This document shows, piece by piece, positions 41,480-57,824 of a stretch of DNA of 64,000 bases. Source of the DNA: the human T2T-CHM13v2.0 reference genome, Homo sapiens; the NCBI RefSeq assembly GCF_009914755.1, contig NC_060936.1. One strand, written 5' to 3'. How positions within the stretch are numbered: the first letter of the stretch is position 1; every line of letters starts with the position of its first letter. The position numbers and the translations under genes were made by a program. A model generated the notes under the pieces. It did no database searches. It saw only the letters and a list, made by a program, of their open reading frames with translations, and had not been told where the DNA came from.

Positions 41480-43110
41480 AGACACTATTCTACAGGCATA
41501 GTTTGTTAGAATTGAAGTCCACCCAGTAAGGAAAACACCAGGTCCTCTGTGGAAGAAGATTTCTTTGATAAACAGGTATTGATATGATACTATGGCTTAG
41601 AAAAAGCAAGATTTGTGAGTTATTAATAAGAAAATTTTAGCAATATAGAGAGTGATAAGACAGGTAGTAAAATGTGAATTCACCAAATAAACGTCTATCT
41701 GTTATGACACATTAAATAGGTTAACAAAGTAGAGAACCAAAAGGTCTTTGGAAGGTCATTGATGTCTAGAAAATAAATGCAAAAGATGTAATATATACAT
41801 TTATTTTTTAAATTACTGACAATTTTACAGTAAATGTGTAAAGACAATGTGTACCCAGCATGTGAGTTACTAACACACACAAAAATGTATAAGGCTTTAA
41901 TGTGAAGAAAATTATTTTAATTTTGTACAATTATCAATCACTGAGGTATTTCCAAAAATAATAATGATAATAAATTTCAATTGCCAGAAAAATTACAAAG
42001 AAAAAGTATATTCACCTTCTAACAGTCATTCTTCCATTGTCTAGATGGTATCATATATTGCTTAATGTAAATTCAGTAGGTAAAAGGGGGAATGTGGTTT
42101 GCTTTAGAATAAATTAACAACTGTAATAGCAACAGAAGCATTTATAATAATAGGTATTTACTGAGATCCTACTATGTTAAAAATGCTTCACATAAATTAC
42201 CCCCTTTTAATTTAAATAGAGAGAATGTTCACATTAAATTGCAAGACTGTAAAAAGATAACTCATACAGATGATAGGAATCAGTAATGAAAACCTTTAGT
42301 CTCATAATATTAGTTGCATTATAAGACAACTACAGAGAAAACAAAAAGAAAGGAAAAGATAATGCAAAGTACTCATGGGGAGGAAAATGGAAAGACAAAG
42401 ATCTAATGAATCAGTTTGGGTGTAAGGTTATATTATATAAGCTATCTAGAAATAATCACATTGACAAGAGGATCATCGTTCAGAAGAACTCAGACTTTTC
42501 TTGTGATTCAAAAAGAATTATATAGAGAACATGTCAGAAAAGTTTGAAAATAAGAATGTGGAAAGATAAAAGGATGAGATGTGCATGTCAATGCAGAATT
42601 GATACACAAAGCAAGGAATAAAATACAGTCTCTTTTATTTTTTGCTGGTCAATAGAACAGGGGAAGAACCTAAAACAAATATCCAGGCTCCATTATATAA
42701 GACAGGAGAGAACAGAAAACCCCTCCAGCCAATGAACTTTACTGAACCTGCTGTAAAAGTCAGATAAAAGTGAAAAGAAAGCAAAGCTTTGAAATATGGC
42801 AATGGAAAACTGAGGGGGAAAAACATTTGTGGTTTCCTTTGTGGTCTGTGTGGAGCAAGGATTTAGAAAACTGTACGGACATTACCCCTTGCAGGGAAGC
42901 AACTGAAATGCTGCTTGCTTTATAATTCTTGAGTCAGCATCACAGAAAGGCTACAGAAACTAAGCACTACGTCACCATCAGAAACGTGGATTGATCTCAT
43001 GAAGCCACACTGTGACTGTCAGAATGACATACTTGCAAAAGTCTAGCATTTGAACAACTTAATTCTTCTAAAGTCTAATGTGAGGATTTTTAAAATATTG
43101 TTCACTCTCA

Positions 43111-43393
43111 TCATTCTCAGTAAACTATCGCAAGAACAAAAAACCAAACACCGCATATTCTCACCCATAGGTGGGAATTGAACGAGATCACATGGACACA
43201 GGAAGGGGAATATCACACTCTGGGGACTGTTGTGGGGTGGGGGGAGGGGGGAGGGATAGCATCGGGAGATATACCTAATGCTAGATGACGAGTTAGTGGG
43301 TGCAGCGCACCAGCATGGCTCATGTATACATATGTAACTAACCTGCACAATGTGCACATGTACCCTAAAACTTAAAGTATAATTAAAAAAAAT
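43111..43393 (+). mobile_element. 5'-truncated L1PA2-type 3' end
   Basis: GATGACGAGTTAG (GAG rather than ACA/ACG) and CTTAAAGTATAAT; TSD ATATTGTTCACTCTCA at 43095-43110 and 43394-43409. Confidence 0.9.
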
Positions 43394-43440
43394 ATATTGT
43401 TCACTCTCAAAAAGTAATATATCCACAAACAAAATTTTTC

Positions 43441-43768
43441 TGCAGTAGATTAAAGAATGGCCACAATTTTTCATTGCTCCCTACAGATTTGGCCCTTTAT
43501 AATGTGACTTTGCAACTTCTCCCTTCAAGTCTGTTTCTCCAGCTCTTGAATCTGTGCTGACTTTGTAACCTACTTTGGCCAATAGAATGGAATGGAAGTG
43601 ATTATGTACCAGTTCCAAACCCAGGCTTCAAATGGTCTAGTATGCTTCTACATTCTTGCTCTCTCTCTCTCTCTACCTTCCTCTCTCTTTCTTGGAACTG
43701 TATCCTGATACTATGAAAATAAGTCTTAACTAGTTGACCTCATGATGAAAGACATATATGACAGTCAT

Positions 43769-43806
<38 letters not shown>

Positions 43807-44080
43807 TCCGTACAATAAGAAATGGTATTAGGAGCCAACTCAGAGGACATAATAGAGGATTATCCATAAAATTAATAAGTTGTATCTCAAAACAGCTAAA
43901 CTTCTCATTTCTGCCCCCATATGATAGCCAGCTGGTTTCCAAAAGTAGAAAACTGTCTTCCTTCCTCTTATTCATCTGTCTAGAGCTGTCCAGCCCAAAT
44001 GCACTGCCCTACAGAATCACGAGCTAAATAAAAGACTATAGTTAAGCTATGAAATTTGGGAATGGTTTGGTATTACTGAT
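43441..44080 (+). mobile_element. MaLR LTR (MLT1G/H-like) with internal (CA)n at 43770-43804
   Basis: AATGGCCACAA...CTTTGGCCAATAGAATG...CAGAATCACGAGCTAAATAAA. Confidence 0.6.
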
Positions 44081-44698
44081 TAATACTCTAAATTTCTTTT
44101 GCTCAAAAAGTAATAATATGAACCTACATATCTGCCCTCTTTACAATAACTAACATTTGTATTATGTACTGTGAATTCAAAAAGAAAAACAGTATCTGAT
44201 ATATATTTTTCTCAATTTCATACGTTCTTGCTAAGCATTCTTTACAGTGGTTAATTACACAGGCCTTGGAGACAAATAAAATAGAATTTATCTTCTGGGT
44301 GTCATTCACTAGATGTCTCACCTGGAGAAAGCTGCACAACTCCTTCAGCCTTAGTTTTTGATGACACTATACTAGCTATGAGTATTAAATGACAAAAGGC
44401 CTGTAAGGCCTTAGAAATATTTCTGACACATTTTAGGCATCTACTAATTGGTAGTTTTTATTGTCAAATGAGAAAAAAGTCTCAGCCTCAACTCAAGTAG
44501 TTAATAATTGGCAGAAACAGGACCATGTTCCATATCCTCTGATAACCATCCTAACTTCTGTCATACCATATTGCCTTGCATAGAGGTCAAAACTAGCTCA
44601 AATACTTAATATTCCTCATAAATGTAGTGAAAGTGCAATGTTTTAATCCTTGTAATAAATCTCCATTCTTCTCAAATTATTTTTACTTAAAAATATAT

Positions 44699-44982
<284 letters not shown>

Positions 44983-45099
44983 TATATATATACATATACA
45001 TATACAGTATTAGATATTATAATATATAGTATATATTTATGTATATATATTAATGTGTATATATTTATGTACTAACCATCTTTAAATGAGCTACTACAT

Positions 45100-45472
45100 T
45101 GTCTTAGTCCATTTTGTGCTACTATAACAAAATAATTAAGACTGGGTAATTTATAAAAACAGAAATGTACTCCCTCACAGCTCTGGAAGCTAGAAAGACA
45201 AAGATCAAAGTGCCAACACCTGGTACGGGTCTTCTTATTGCATCCTCAGATGGTGGAAGGCAGCAGGACAAGAGAAGGACAAATTCTTTGTCTTCACATT
45301 GCAGAAGAGAGAGAGAACCTCCTCCTGAAATTTTTTATAACAGCATTATTCCATTTATGAAGGTGGTGCACTCATAACCTAAGAACATCCCAAGTCTCAC
45401 CTCCCAACACGGCCACACTGGGGATCAAGTTTCTAACACACGCATTTGAGGGGACATATTAAGACCACGGCA
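45100..45472 (-). mobile_element. MaLR LTR (MST-like)
   Basis: TGTCTTAGTCCATTTTGTGCT...GACTGGGTAATTTATAAA. Confidence 0.8.
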
Positions 45473-45509
45473 TTTACGCAATACACTCTTTTCTTACCCA
45501 AACTAATTA

Positions 45510-45933
45510 CAGTAGATGCTTGAATAATACAGAGATTGGGGCACTGATCCCTACACGGTGGAAAATCTATACATAACTTTTGACTCTCTAAAAACTTTAC
45601 TAGCCTACTGTTGACCATAAGGCTTACCAATAAGGCAGTCAATTAACACATATTTTGAATGTTATCTGCATTATATATTCTTGCAATAAAGTAAGTTAGA
45701 GAAAAAATGTTATTAATAAAATCATAGGGAATAAAAAATATATTTACCATTTATTAAGTGTAAGCGAATCATCATAAAGGTATTCATCTTAACCACCTTA
45801 ATGTTGAGTGGACTGGGGAGGAGGGGCAAGAGAAAAAGTTGGTCTTACTGTCACAGGGGTGGCAAAGGTGACAGAAAATCCATGTATGAGTGGGCCTGCA
45901 CAGTTCAAGCCCATGTTGTTCAAGGATCAACTA
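45510..45933. mobile_element. Tigger2a/MER28-like DNA transposon
   Basis: TIRs CAGTAGATGCTTGAATAA.../...TGTTGTTCAAGGATCAACT. Confidence 0.75.
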
Positions 45934-46309
45934 TTTTTGTGATGATTATAATAAAATAGACCTACATATGATGAATTCATGGATTACTAATTTTACAACT
46001 TGACCATTGGGTTTGTAAGAAATACATATTTGCAGAGGCTCTGCATAAATATCTAGCATAATAACATAGATGTTTAGTCAATTTAAGCTTGCTGTATACT
46101 TATAAAATTGATATGTAAGAGTGCTGCAAAAAGGCATTTTAGATTAAAGAAAGAGAAAAACAAATTTCTCTAGATATAAGATGATGTTGATTGGTAAGCA
46201 TTAAAAGTAAGAGTTGAAAGTAGCCTTGCTTTGAAAAACAATTCTTGGTCATAGCCTTCTTCACCAGTCATTCATTTAAATAGATAAAGATAAATGAAAA
46301 ATAGAGATA

Positions 46310-46341
46310 AATAGATGATAGACAGGATGGATAGATAGACG

Positions 46342-46386
<45 letters not shown>

Positions 46387-46430
46387 TAGGTGGATGGATG
46401 CAGAGAAAGAGAGACAGACAGACAGACTTT
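46310..46430. repeat. (GATA)n compound microsatellite
   Basis: direct reading. Confidence 0.9.
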
Positions 46431-48383
46431 AGAAAATAGAGCAGCTCATTATTCATATCACACTATCTGAGGTCATTGTAATTTACAAAGGGGGCAAAAT
46501 GAGCAGATTTTCCTGGGGGGATTGTCCTAACACTAAGGGTTAAATCATTGGCAGATATCAATAAAGCATACTCTAGTTTCTTGTTCTTCTTGTTCCTCTA
46601 CAGATCATGGATGATAACTATGACACTTGAATATCTGAATAATTGTATAACCTGTACTTTTAGTACTTTACCTCCTTCTACTGCTAATTATTTCATTATT
46701 TATAGAGTAAGTGTATGGCTTACTCTATCACATTGTAAACTCTGTAGATCTGCTCTATCTATATTTTCTGATGACCTCTCAGCCATAGGAAAGTTCTATG
46801 CTTGGAAATACATCACATCACATCCCCTGAGAAGGTTTTTAAAATGCAAAAATCTTCACCCTGAGATTTTGATTCAGTGGTTTGGTGCAAAAAATTGTAA
46901 GTCTGTTTTTAAAAAGTATCATATATTTTATGAAACACTGTCTATAGGAAGTTGCATTAAAGCAAATATTTATAAAATATGAGAAGACATTACCTGAACA
47001 TACCATCTGCAGAAAATGTTAGGGAGGAGTGAGGCAAAAAGAGAACTAACATTTATTAAGGAAAAACTGTAATTCCAGGCACTATATCTGTATGTATTAT
47101 TTCATTATTTATTATAATAGGTCTACCAAGAAAATACTGAAATATCATTTTTTTATATTTGGCAAAGGATTGTCAGATTAATGAAGAGAACAGTATTACT
47201 GTAATTGCAGCAGTTAAAACTTAAGTACTTAAGTGCAAAATAAAATGCCAAGAGCTTTGGATTTAACCCATTTTATCATCAACCTATCATTTTTACTGGT
47301 GTTTTCCAAAGAGGAAGCTGACGCTGAAATTGTAGAAAAACTTGCCCAAGTTCACATAGCTAATAAGAGACAGCTGGTAGTGTTCAAACCCACAGGTGTT
47401 TAATTCTAATGCCTGTATCCTGGTCAAAGAGTAAACAGCAGAGCTGTGATTTGAATATATGCAGAACCACGATTTGCATAGAAAATAGAAGATAATCGAC
47501 ATGACAAAAAATAAATACCAAATTTAATGTATCCCAATTGTTTAGGAAATTGAAAACCCACCACCAAAATATCTTAGAGCTCTTTCCTCTGCTTAATAAA
47601 TAGCATAGGATAAAACCAGTAATCAAAATAGGCAAGTAAAATGAATTTTTTAAGAAAAAAATGAGTTTGAATTTGTTTAGTACAAAAGGAGAAGAATGGA
47701 AAACATATGTCACAAATATTTTTCTGAAAAAAATGTTGAGAATGATCGGTTGATTTCCTCAGGAAATAAAAGTAAAAGCTCAAGGAATGAGGATGCTGAA
47801 AGGGACTTGCAATAAGACTGAAGCTTGTCTAAGCACACCAGTTTAGTTTCATTATTTAGAAAGATACCTAGACAAGTAGAAAAGCAGGCTTCTGAAAAGC
47901 TACTACATGCAGTTTTCAAACAGAATCAAGGGAGGTAAAAATAACATGAGGGCAAAGGAGCAGTTCTAAAGAGGACCAGACTGAGGCAAACATGGAAATT
48001 CTTTTCCTTTAGCCATGCCATGGAAACTTATTTTAAATTTTATTTGTATTTACTTTGTAAATAAATCAAACAATAAGATAGTATAAAATATCATGCAACT
48101 TGAGGAACAGACATGAAAAATAGTATAAAACTCCAATATGGATTAGCATGACAAAAGAACCCCTCAAAGAAAATGTTAAGCCATGCACCAAAATACACAG
48201 TGAATTGTTTCCAAGAGATATAAAATACACTTCAAATTTCTGCTGGAAAAAAAATCCATTTCAACACTATATTTAGATATATAACTTTAAAAAGTCCAAT
48301 ATTCTCTAAATGATCTAAATCTTATTATTGCCGTAATTACATTTGGACATTGAGTTAAATAAATTTAAGAGCATTTTTAGTTG

Positions 48384-48555
48384 GTGCTATGGTATGAATG
48401 TGTCCCAAAATTTCATATAAGGTAATCATCAGTATGATAGTGTTAAGAGGTGGTACATTAAAGAGGTGATTAAGTCATAAGTGTGGAGCCCTCATGGATG
48501 GGATTAGGGCTCTTATAAAAAGGCTTGAGGAAGTGAGTTTCCCTTCTACGCATCT
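48384..48555 (+). mobile_element. partial MaLR LTR (MLT1A/MST-like)
   Basis: TGCTATGGTATGAATGTGTCCC...GGAGCCCTCATGGATGGGATTAG. Confidence 0.65.
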
Positions 48556-49250
48556 TTCAAATCTCAGTTTAAATATCTTTACCTCCAAGGCTTCCTTGAT
48601 GTTCTAAAATAAGTTGTACTCCGTGGACTGGATATTGTGCATATGCTCTAGCACCCTTTATTGCTCCTATCGAGACAACCAGAAGCTGGAATTGCAATTA
48701 CTTATGTAACTGTTTGTCTCACATGCTAGATTGTAAGTGCTGGAATCAAGTGTGTCTTTGCCACAATTATATACCCAATGTCCAGTTTAGTGCCTGATTT
48801 GCAATGATCAGTGATTTTGATAATGAAGATGATAATGATGATGATGAAATAACTGCAATGTTGATTATTTTGCAAGTGAAGATCATAGTTATCATTAATG
48901 TATACCTGCCATCTTCCAGGTCCTGTGCTAAATGATTTACATCTATTCTTCCATTAACTCTCATAATGCTATATATATGAACTATGATTATTTCCATTAT
49001 ATAGATAAGAACATGTAGGTATAAAAAGGTTACTGAAAAGTAGACATAGAAAGATTACTTGAATTGTCCAGTAATCGGAGGAAATAAGACTGGAATCCAG
49101 ATGTTTTGCCTACAAAGTTTGTCTTCTTGAATATTTGTGTTGTTTTGTTGACTGTTGTAGGTGATGTGGAGGAAATTGTTCTGTATAAGTTTGAGTCCCT
49201 ACAACTAAGAATTTTAGATATTGGATTCTTATTCTACTAGATTTCTGATG

Positions 49251-50891
<1,641 letters not shown>

Positions 50892-51400
50892 TCACAATGT
50901 AATGTTTCTACTGTCAGCTCTGCTTCATTCTCTTCAGTATTCCAAATTATTTCTTTAGATAATTAAAAAGCCCACGATATATAATAAACTTACAAAGTTA
51001 AAATGTTTTTAACAAATATTTAGAGATTTATGGATCAACAAAAGAAATAATAAATATTTAAGTTTATGAGAAAAAAGCCCTAATTTTTTTATTAATTTGA
51101 TGACATTATTTTTCAGTTAATAGTCTGCTCTAATATTAGCCATCACTATTTTTTAAAAAGAGAAAAAAACTTTCTAAATATAAGAAATATAAGAAATCTT
51201 CTCAGCCTCCTTCTTACCTGAAGCTGGAGTCCAAAAGCCTCCTCAGTTTGTCCTTTCCCTGCTCCTTTTAATCTAAGCTGAATAATTCCCTTAAATCTTT
51301 GTGTATCAAATTGTAATCCACTTCATTAAACAAAAGACACATTCATAAATATTTTTATAAAGTCTGTCTAAACCTTGTGTCCATTCATGAGGATGCTGTG

Positions 51401-51437
<37 letters not shown>

Positions 51438-51489
51438 ATAAGTCTTAGGAGTTTTATTGTTTTAACTTGAGGTCTTGAGGTGCATCCTT

Positions 51490-51740
51490 TAATTCTTTTG
51501 TTTAATTGACTCCAATTATTTAATACACAATGATGCAACTGTGATCCCAAGATGTGCAAAGTTAAAGCCTTCAACTGCAGCTGAGGAGAGGGCAGGAATG
51601 ATACAACTGGGGAAAGTGTTGAGTCAGGAATGACAGGCAAATAGCCATTACCAGGCAGCCTCCTCTCCAGGACCAGGGATGTGGGAGTAGCCTGAGAAGC
51701 AGGGCCCCATGGTAGCCCAGCGCCAAGGGAAGGACCCTTC
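51490..51740 (-). pseudogene. possible retrocopied mRNA 3'UTR fragment (parent not identified)
   Basis: GC-richer, non-TE-like island ending on the minus strand in TGTGTATTAAA followed by A-rich sequence. Confidence 0.35.
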
Positions 51741-51884
51741 ATTAATTTTTTAGATGGCTTTTGTCTAACTGAAAATGTCTGTAAGACACTAACTTCTACT
51801 TTTCTGGGATTTTAGCAAATAATCTTACAGCCCTATTTGATATTCTTTACTTTGATATTCTTACTAGGAAAGATTGAAAAAAGA

Positions 51885-53060
51885 ATTAGTTTTATTTCTA
51901 AATTCAGCAGGTTCTGGCTCATACAATTTCTCTAAATTCTGCTCAAAAGCCTAGCAATTTCTTCTTTGGTGCATCTCTTCTTATATTTTATCACAAGCAG
52001 CAAAGAGACACCAGTGTCACTTTCTACGTTCTGCCTGAAAAGTTCCCCTGGCAGATCCATGAGTTTATTAGATTCTCTTTCTATTTTTCACATTACTGTA
52101 GGCAGCAATATTGTCAAACTTTCTGCCACTGCATAGCAAGGGTTCCTTTTTTTTCAATCCCTAATAGCATTTTTCTCATTCTTCTTCAAGCCTAAGGTCT
52201 TTCCAGCTTCAACTAACAGGCTCCTTGATGTCCTTTCAGCTTTGGTCTAGCATGAAGTCCCAAAGTCAATGGCAAATGCTTTCAGTTTTTATTACAGCAA
52301 CATCACACTTTCCTATATCCAAATTCTCTTCTGATTATAGCTGCATAACAAGCTACTATAAAGTTCTGAAGCTTGAAACAAGAACCATATTGTTATAGTC
52401 TCTAATGGTTCTATAGTCAGGAACTTAAGCAGAGTATGGTGAAGATGACCCATGATATCTGTGACCTCAGATGGTGATATGGTATGGCTGTGTCCCCACC
52501 CCAAATCTCATCTTTAATTGTAATCTGAATTGTAATCCCCATATGTTGGGGGAGGGATCTCGTGGGAGGTAATTAGATCATGGGGTCTGTTTCCCCAAGC
52601 TGTTCTTTTGATAATGAGTGAGTTCTCATGAAATCTGATGGTTTTCTAAGGGGCTTTTTCCCCCTTTGCTCAGCACTTCTCTCTCCTGCTGCCATGTGCA
52701 GAAGGACATGTCTGCTTCCCCTTCTGCCATGATTGTAGATTTCCTGAGGCCTCCCCAGCTATGCAGAACTTTGAGTCAATTAAACCTTTTTCCTTTATAA
52801 ATTACCCATCTTTATAGCAGCACTAGAAGGGATTAATATAGATAGGATGACAAAATGGCTGTGGGCTGAATCAGCTGGGCCTAACTGCGAATCTGTCTGA
52901 TACATGATCTTAGGGTTTTTCCGTGGAATGTGTCCACATTCTTTCTCCAGTATGGCAGCCCAGGCAATCAGATGCTTTACATGGAATCCCAGGACTTCAA
53001 AAGCAATAGATCCAATAAAGCATGGTGGAAACTATAAGGATTCCTATGATATTGCAAACA
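51885..53060. mobile_element. MLT1 internal + LTR remnant, interrupted by a THE1/MST LTR
   Basis: MaLR-int motif CAAACTTTCTGCCACTGCATAGCAAGG and MLT1 LTR motifs on both sides of the insert. Confidence 0.55.
52474..52840 (+). mobile_element. THE1/MSTA-type LTR
   Basis: TGATATGGTATGGCTGTGTCCCCACCCCAAATCTCATCTT...GAGTCAATTAAACCT...ATAAATTACCCA. Confidence 0.85.
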
Positions 53061-53660
53061 TAAGCTTAACTTTTAGTACTAGTAGTTTAATTTATATTTC
53101 TTAAGGTTCTATTCCTTAAGGTTCTTGCTTTGGGACCATTTCATTAGTTGTTTCCTCTGCCTGGATTTCTTTTCTGATGGATCGTTTCCTGGATTGCCCT
53201 TTACATGATGCAAGTCTCAACTGAGACTTAATGTCATGTAGTGGCTGTCCTGACAGAGCCACCTTCTGAATCAGCCACCTGCAAACTGAGAGAAATGTCA
53301 CTTCTGGTAATAAAATGTGTTTAGTGAGAGGTCAATAGGAAAATGAGAACCTCTTTTACAGATGGCATGAAACTACAAATATTTATGACTTTGTTATTTT
53401 CCTGATATATTATTTTCCTCCTTGAATCTTTGTGGTCTTATGATATGCAAAGTTATTCACAATTTAATCATATGCCTCTTTTCTTCTTCTCCATTACCTA
53501 GAGGTTGGGAGAATGTGTAGTTACAAAGTGAAGAAACAAACAAATTAGGATCCAGGCTAAAAACAGTTGGGACTAGAAGGTAGCGTCACCAACCCAAAAA
53601 CTCCTCAACCCTCTTCCCATCAGATGTATCAATCACACATAAATTGTCTTCTCATTATGA

Positions 53661-54002
53661 TTTTGTTTTTTGTTTTGTTTTTGTTTTGTTTTTTTTGTTT
53701 TGTTTTGTTTTGTTTTTTTTGAGACAGAATCTCACTCTGCCGCCCAGGCTGAACTGCAGTGCTGCAATCTCTGCTCACTGCAACTTCTGCCTCCCAGGTT
53801 CAAGCGATTTTCCTGCCTCAGCCTCTTGAGTAGCTGAGACTACAGGCATGAACCATCACCCCCGGCTAATTTTTATATTTTTAGTAGAAACGGGGTTTCA
53901 CCATGTTGGCCAGGCTGGTCTCAAACTCCTGACCTCAGGTGATCCACCTGCCTTGGCCTCCCTAAGTGCTGGGATTACAGGCGCAAGCCACCGCCCCCAG
54001 CC
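53661..54002 (-). mobile_element. AluSx/Sz with (GTTTT)n tail
   Basis: Full dimer; TSD TTCTC(A/G)TTATG. Confidence 0.92.
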
Positions 54003-55239
54003 TTCTCGTTATGTTTTACTCCCATACCCAGAGCAACAGCGGTAGTATATAGCAGGTGGAGAAAATGTCCACCATAAAACAAATACGTATGCTTTGTATT
54101 CATTCAAAAATATCTTGTAAACTCTATTTCTCACTGAGCATTAGAACGCCAAATGAAATGCCAGTTTAGGAATTTATGTTAGACTTAGAAAGTTCTGAGC
54201 TCAATTGTTACAAGAGGGTGAAATGTGTTGTTTTGTCATAGCAGATGCTAAGAATATTATTAGATAGCAATTCTTAGATTGTCTGGGATGAACTCTTCCT
54301 CTGGGCAATAGAAGAGACTACAAATTTGCTTGTAGCCTTGTCTCAGTCTTAAAAATGTGCACTCTAAATCACAAGGGAATATCATCAAACATCAAGTTTC
54401 ACCACTTCCACCAAGAGTTAGAAGCAGCTAGTTAATTTAACATGCATTTTTTTTTTTTTAGTATGGAAGATGTTTTCATAGACTCTAACTCATGGGAATC
54501 ATACTAGAATCGATTACACAGTGAAAAAAGCAATACAGGAATATATTTGTACCATTACTTAACTATAAAAGCATAGGTGAGGAAGGAAACTTGCAAAACC
54601 CATTAAGAAAGTGTACCTGGAAGCCCTATTCTCAGACTAGCAAAATAAAAAACTTGAATCTCTTCCAGTGGAGATAAAATTACTTTATTGGAACAAAAAT
54701 ATTTTCAGCGAAAACTGAATGAAGGAACTCTGGCCATAAAAGGCAACTGGAAATATAATTTGCTGAATGATATCATAACATATCTACTACACATATGCTA
54801 CCCTGCTCTGAAAGAGATATGAGACTCTACAAGATTGGACATTTTACTTCAAGAAAAAAGGTAGCAGCTACCTATTAACATGTAATATAATTGGGATTTC
54901 ATTTCTAATATATGGAATAGCTGAGAAATGTCCTGGATTTTAAGATATGTGGCATTATCCCTTTGTATTTCAAATATTTATTTTTCAGTATTTTAAGAAA
55001 AGTTATCTAGAATATATTTCATATTTCTAACTTAGTGTAAAATGTGTAAGAAATGTGTGAGAAGTATAATTTATACTCTATATAGATAGAAGAAAAATGC
55101 TATATTATTGTTTTGTCACATTGTATTTAGTTTATTATTGGTGAGCTTAATATATAAAGTATATTTAAATATGCATAATTACACTTATATGTACATATGT
55201 TATATATATATACACACACAAACGTGTTTATATTTTGCC

Positions 55240-57030
55240 TAGTCAATTGAAAATAAGTTATAAATAACTTGACACTTCACCTCTGAATATTTCAGTGCAT
55301 ATTTCATATGAATTAAGACATTCTCCCAAATATCCATAACACCTAAGAAAATTGACAATAACTCAATAATATCTAATAAATATTTCATATTGAATTTTGA
55401 AATTTTCCCCAACATGTCTTTTAGAGCTGTTATTTTCCCCAATCCAAGAACTAATCAATGCTCACACATTTGCATGTGTTCGTTACGTCTCTTTAATACG
55501 TTCTCATTCGGAACTTTTTACCATTTGTTTCTTATGATGCTTTTGAAGAAGTGAGGCCCTTTGTCTTCAAGGGTGTCCCACATTCTGAATTTGCCTGATT
55601 GTTCCTTCATTTTTAGATTCAATTAAACATTTTTGGAAAGAATACTACATAAATGATAATGTGCTTTTTTATTGCATCACACTTGAGGACTTAACGATAT
55701 CCAGATATATTACTATTGATGCTTTTAAGTTGGTCACTTGGTAATCAAGTGACTGCCAAATCTTTTCATGTATGGGTACATTTTGACCATTGTAATTAGT
55801 AAGTAATCTATGATATGATTCTTTAAAAAACCACATGAACATGATTTTTGCAGCATTTCATTTGTTTTAGCATTCATTGATAATCTTTGTCCTACTTAAT
55901 TATTTTATTAGTTATTGCAACATGGAATATTCTAGAAATAAAAAAAGTTGCTGAAATTAAGAAATTATTACATGAGTTTAACAGGACATTAGACACAAAT
56001 GATGAAATGATTAGTGAAGTAGAAGATCAATCAATAAGTAGAAATATCAGGACTGAAACACATATAAGGAAAAGGAAGGAAATATGAAGAAAACAATTCA
56101 GGAGATACTTAGGACACTGTAAGAGGTCTAATATGAGTGTAAAAACTCTGAGGAAAAGGAGACAAATAGTTGGGCATAAATAATAATTGAATAGATAATG
56201 GTTGACAGTATTCCAAAACTAAAAAGTCACTAAGTCACAGGTTCAAGAAATACTCCCATTTTCCAAGCCAGTTTAGTAAAATAATAGGCACACCAGAGTA
56301 AAACTTCTAAAGAGCAGAGGCAAAGAAAATATTTAAACTTAGCCAAAAAGACATATTCCCTTCGAATGAGTCATGCTAAGACAAACAGCTGAATTATAAA
56401 GCAGAAGAATAAAATATTGCCTTCCACTTATTGAAAGAAGATAACTATCAAGCTAGAATTCTATGCACAAAAGAAATATTCTTCAAAAATGAAGAAGAAA
56501 CAAAATATTTTCACATACATGCTTGAGAAAATTTTTCAACAACAGATTTGCCTAATAAATAATAATAAAGGAAGTTGTTCAGTCATAAATAAATCACAGA
56601 TGAAAGCAAGGAAAAAAGGGAAATGAATGAAGAGCAATGGGAATGATCAGTAAGTGCTAAATCCAAATGAACACTGATTTTATAATAATAGGTACTGCCT
56701 AAAATGCATTCAGAATTTAAAATATAATGAAAATACCACACAACCTGGGGATATATAGAATTTTATGTGTTCTAATGTATTTTGGTTGTCTGACATATGG
56801 CAAAAAGTGCTAATTATATTATACTGCTTAAATAAGTTAAACATGCATATAATATTGTAATATCCAAGATGAACAATAAAAAATAGTACAGTAAATCGAT
56901 TTTTAACTAAAATTTAATAGAAAGAAAATGGGAAAATAAAACAGAAATACTTGATTAATCCAAAAGAAGCTAGTGGTAAAAAGAAGCAAACAGCAGGTGG
57001 AAAAGAAAAACAATTTTTAAAGTATTAGAG
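55240..57030. mobile_element. old L1M fragments (3' end on minus, ORF1-like on plus)
   Basis: Diverged L1 motifs, e.g. CTAGAATTCTATGCACAAAAGAAATATTCTTCAAAAATGAAG. Confidence 0.6.
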
Positions 57031-57824
57031 AAAATTTAGCCTAGTGATTAAAACGTGTTATTGACCAATTTATACTTGTTTTAATCCCATCTTTTTCACT
57101 TCTTAGTGAGTAGTAAGATTATATAACACCCTAATAAGTCTGTTTTTTCCAGCTGTGTACAACAATTGCCTAAAAAATTAGATGGCTTTATTGCCTTGAA
57201 GGAATACTGAACGAGAAGTTTAAACAAGTGAATTCTAGCCTTGGTCTTACTAGTGTTTAATCGTGGCCAAAAAAAAAAAAAAAAAAGTCTTTATTCACTG
57301 GACATGTCATTTAGCTTTGGTGGTCGTTAGTATGTTGAATTTTTAAAAATAATTTTAAGAAGACTAACTTTGCCTACTTTTCAGAATTTCTTTTAAAATA
57401 AATGAAATGAAATTACATACATAAGAGAATGCTGAGAAGTGTGTCATGTTCAAATGTAAAATGTGTTTGACCTCCTTCGTAAGTGTTGAAATCACTTGTC
57501 ATTATTGGTTCCCTAAAGGAGGAAACAAATAGGAAAAAAAAAAAAAAAAAAGGACTTTGTCATCCTACAAGTATTGTTCTTCAGAGAGGATAAATTGAAG
57601 CCTTTAGATAAATTAACTGCTAAAGTAAAGCCCTTCATGTTTAATAAACTTAATGGAAAGGAATAACTTCAACAAATACACAAGTTATTCAGTCTGTTCT
57701 TGAATAGCTGTTTCTTGATTCACACACATTTGGTAAGGTATTATTTAGAAAACATCAATAAACAAACTAGCTTTATCAGAACTGTAAGAGTATTTACAAA
57801 ATAATTTTATATAAATCTATTCTC

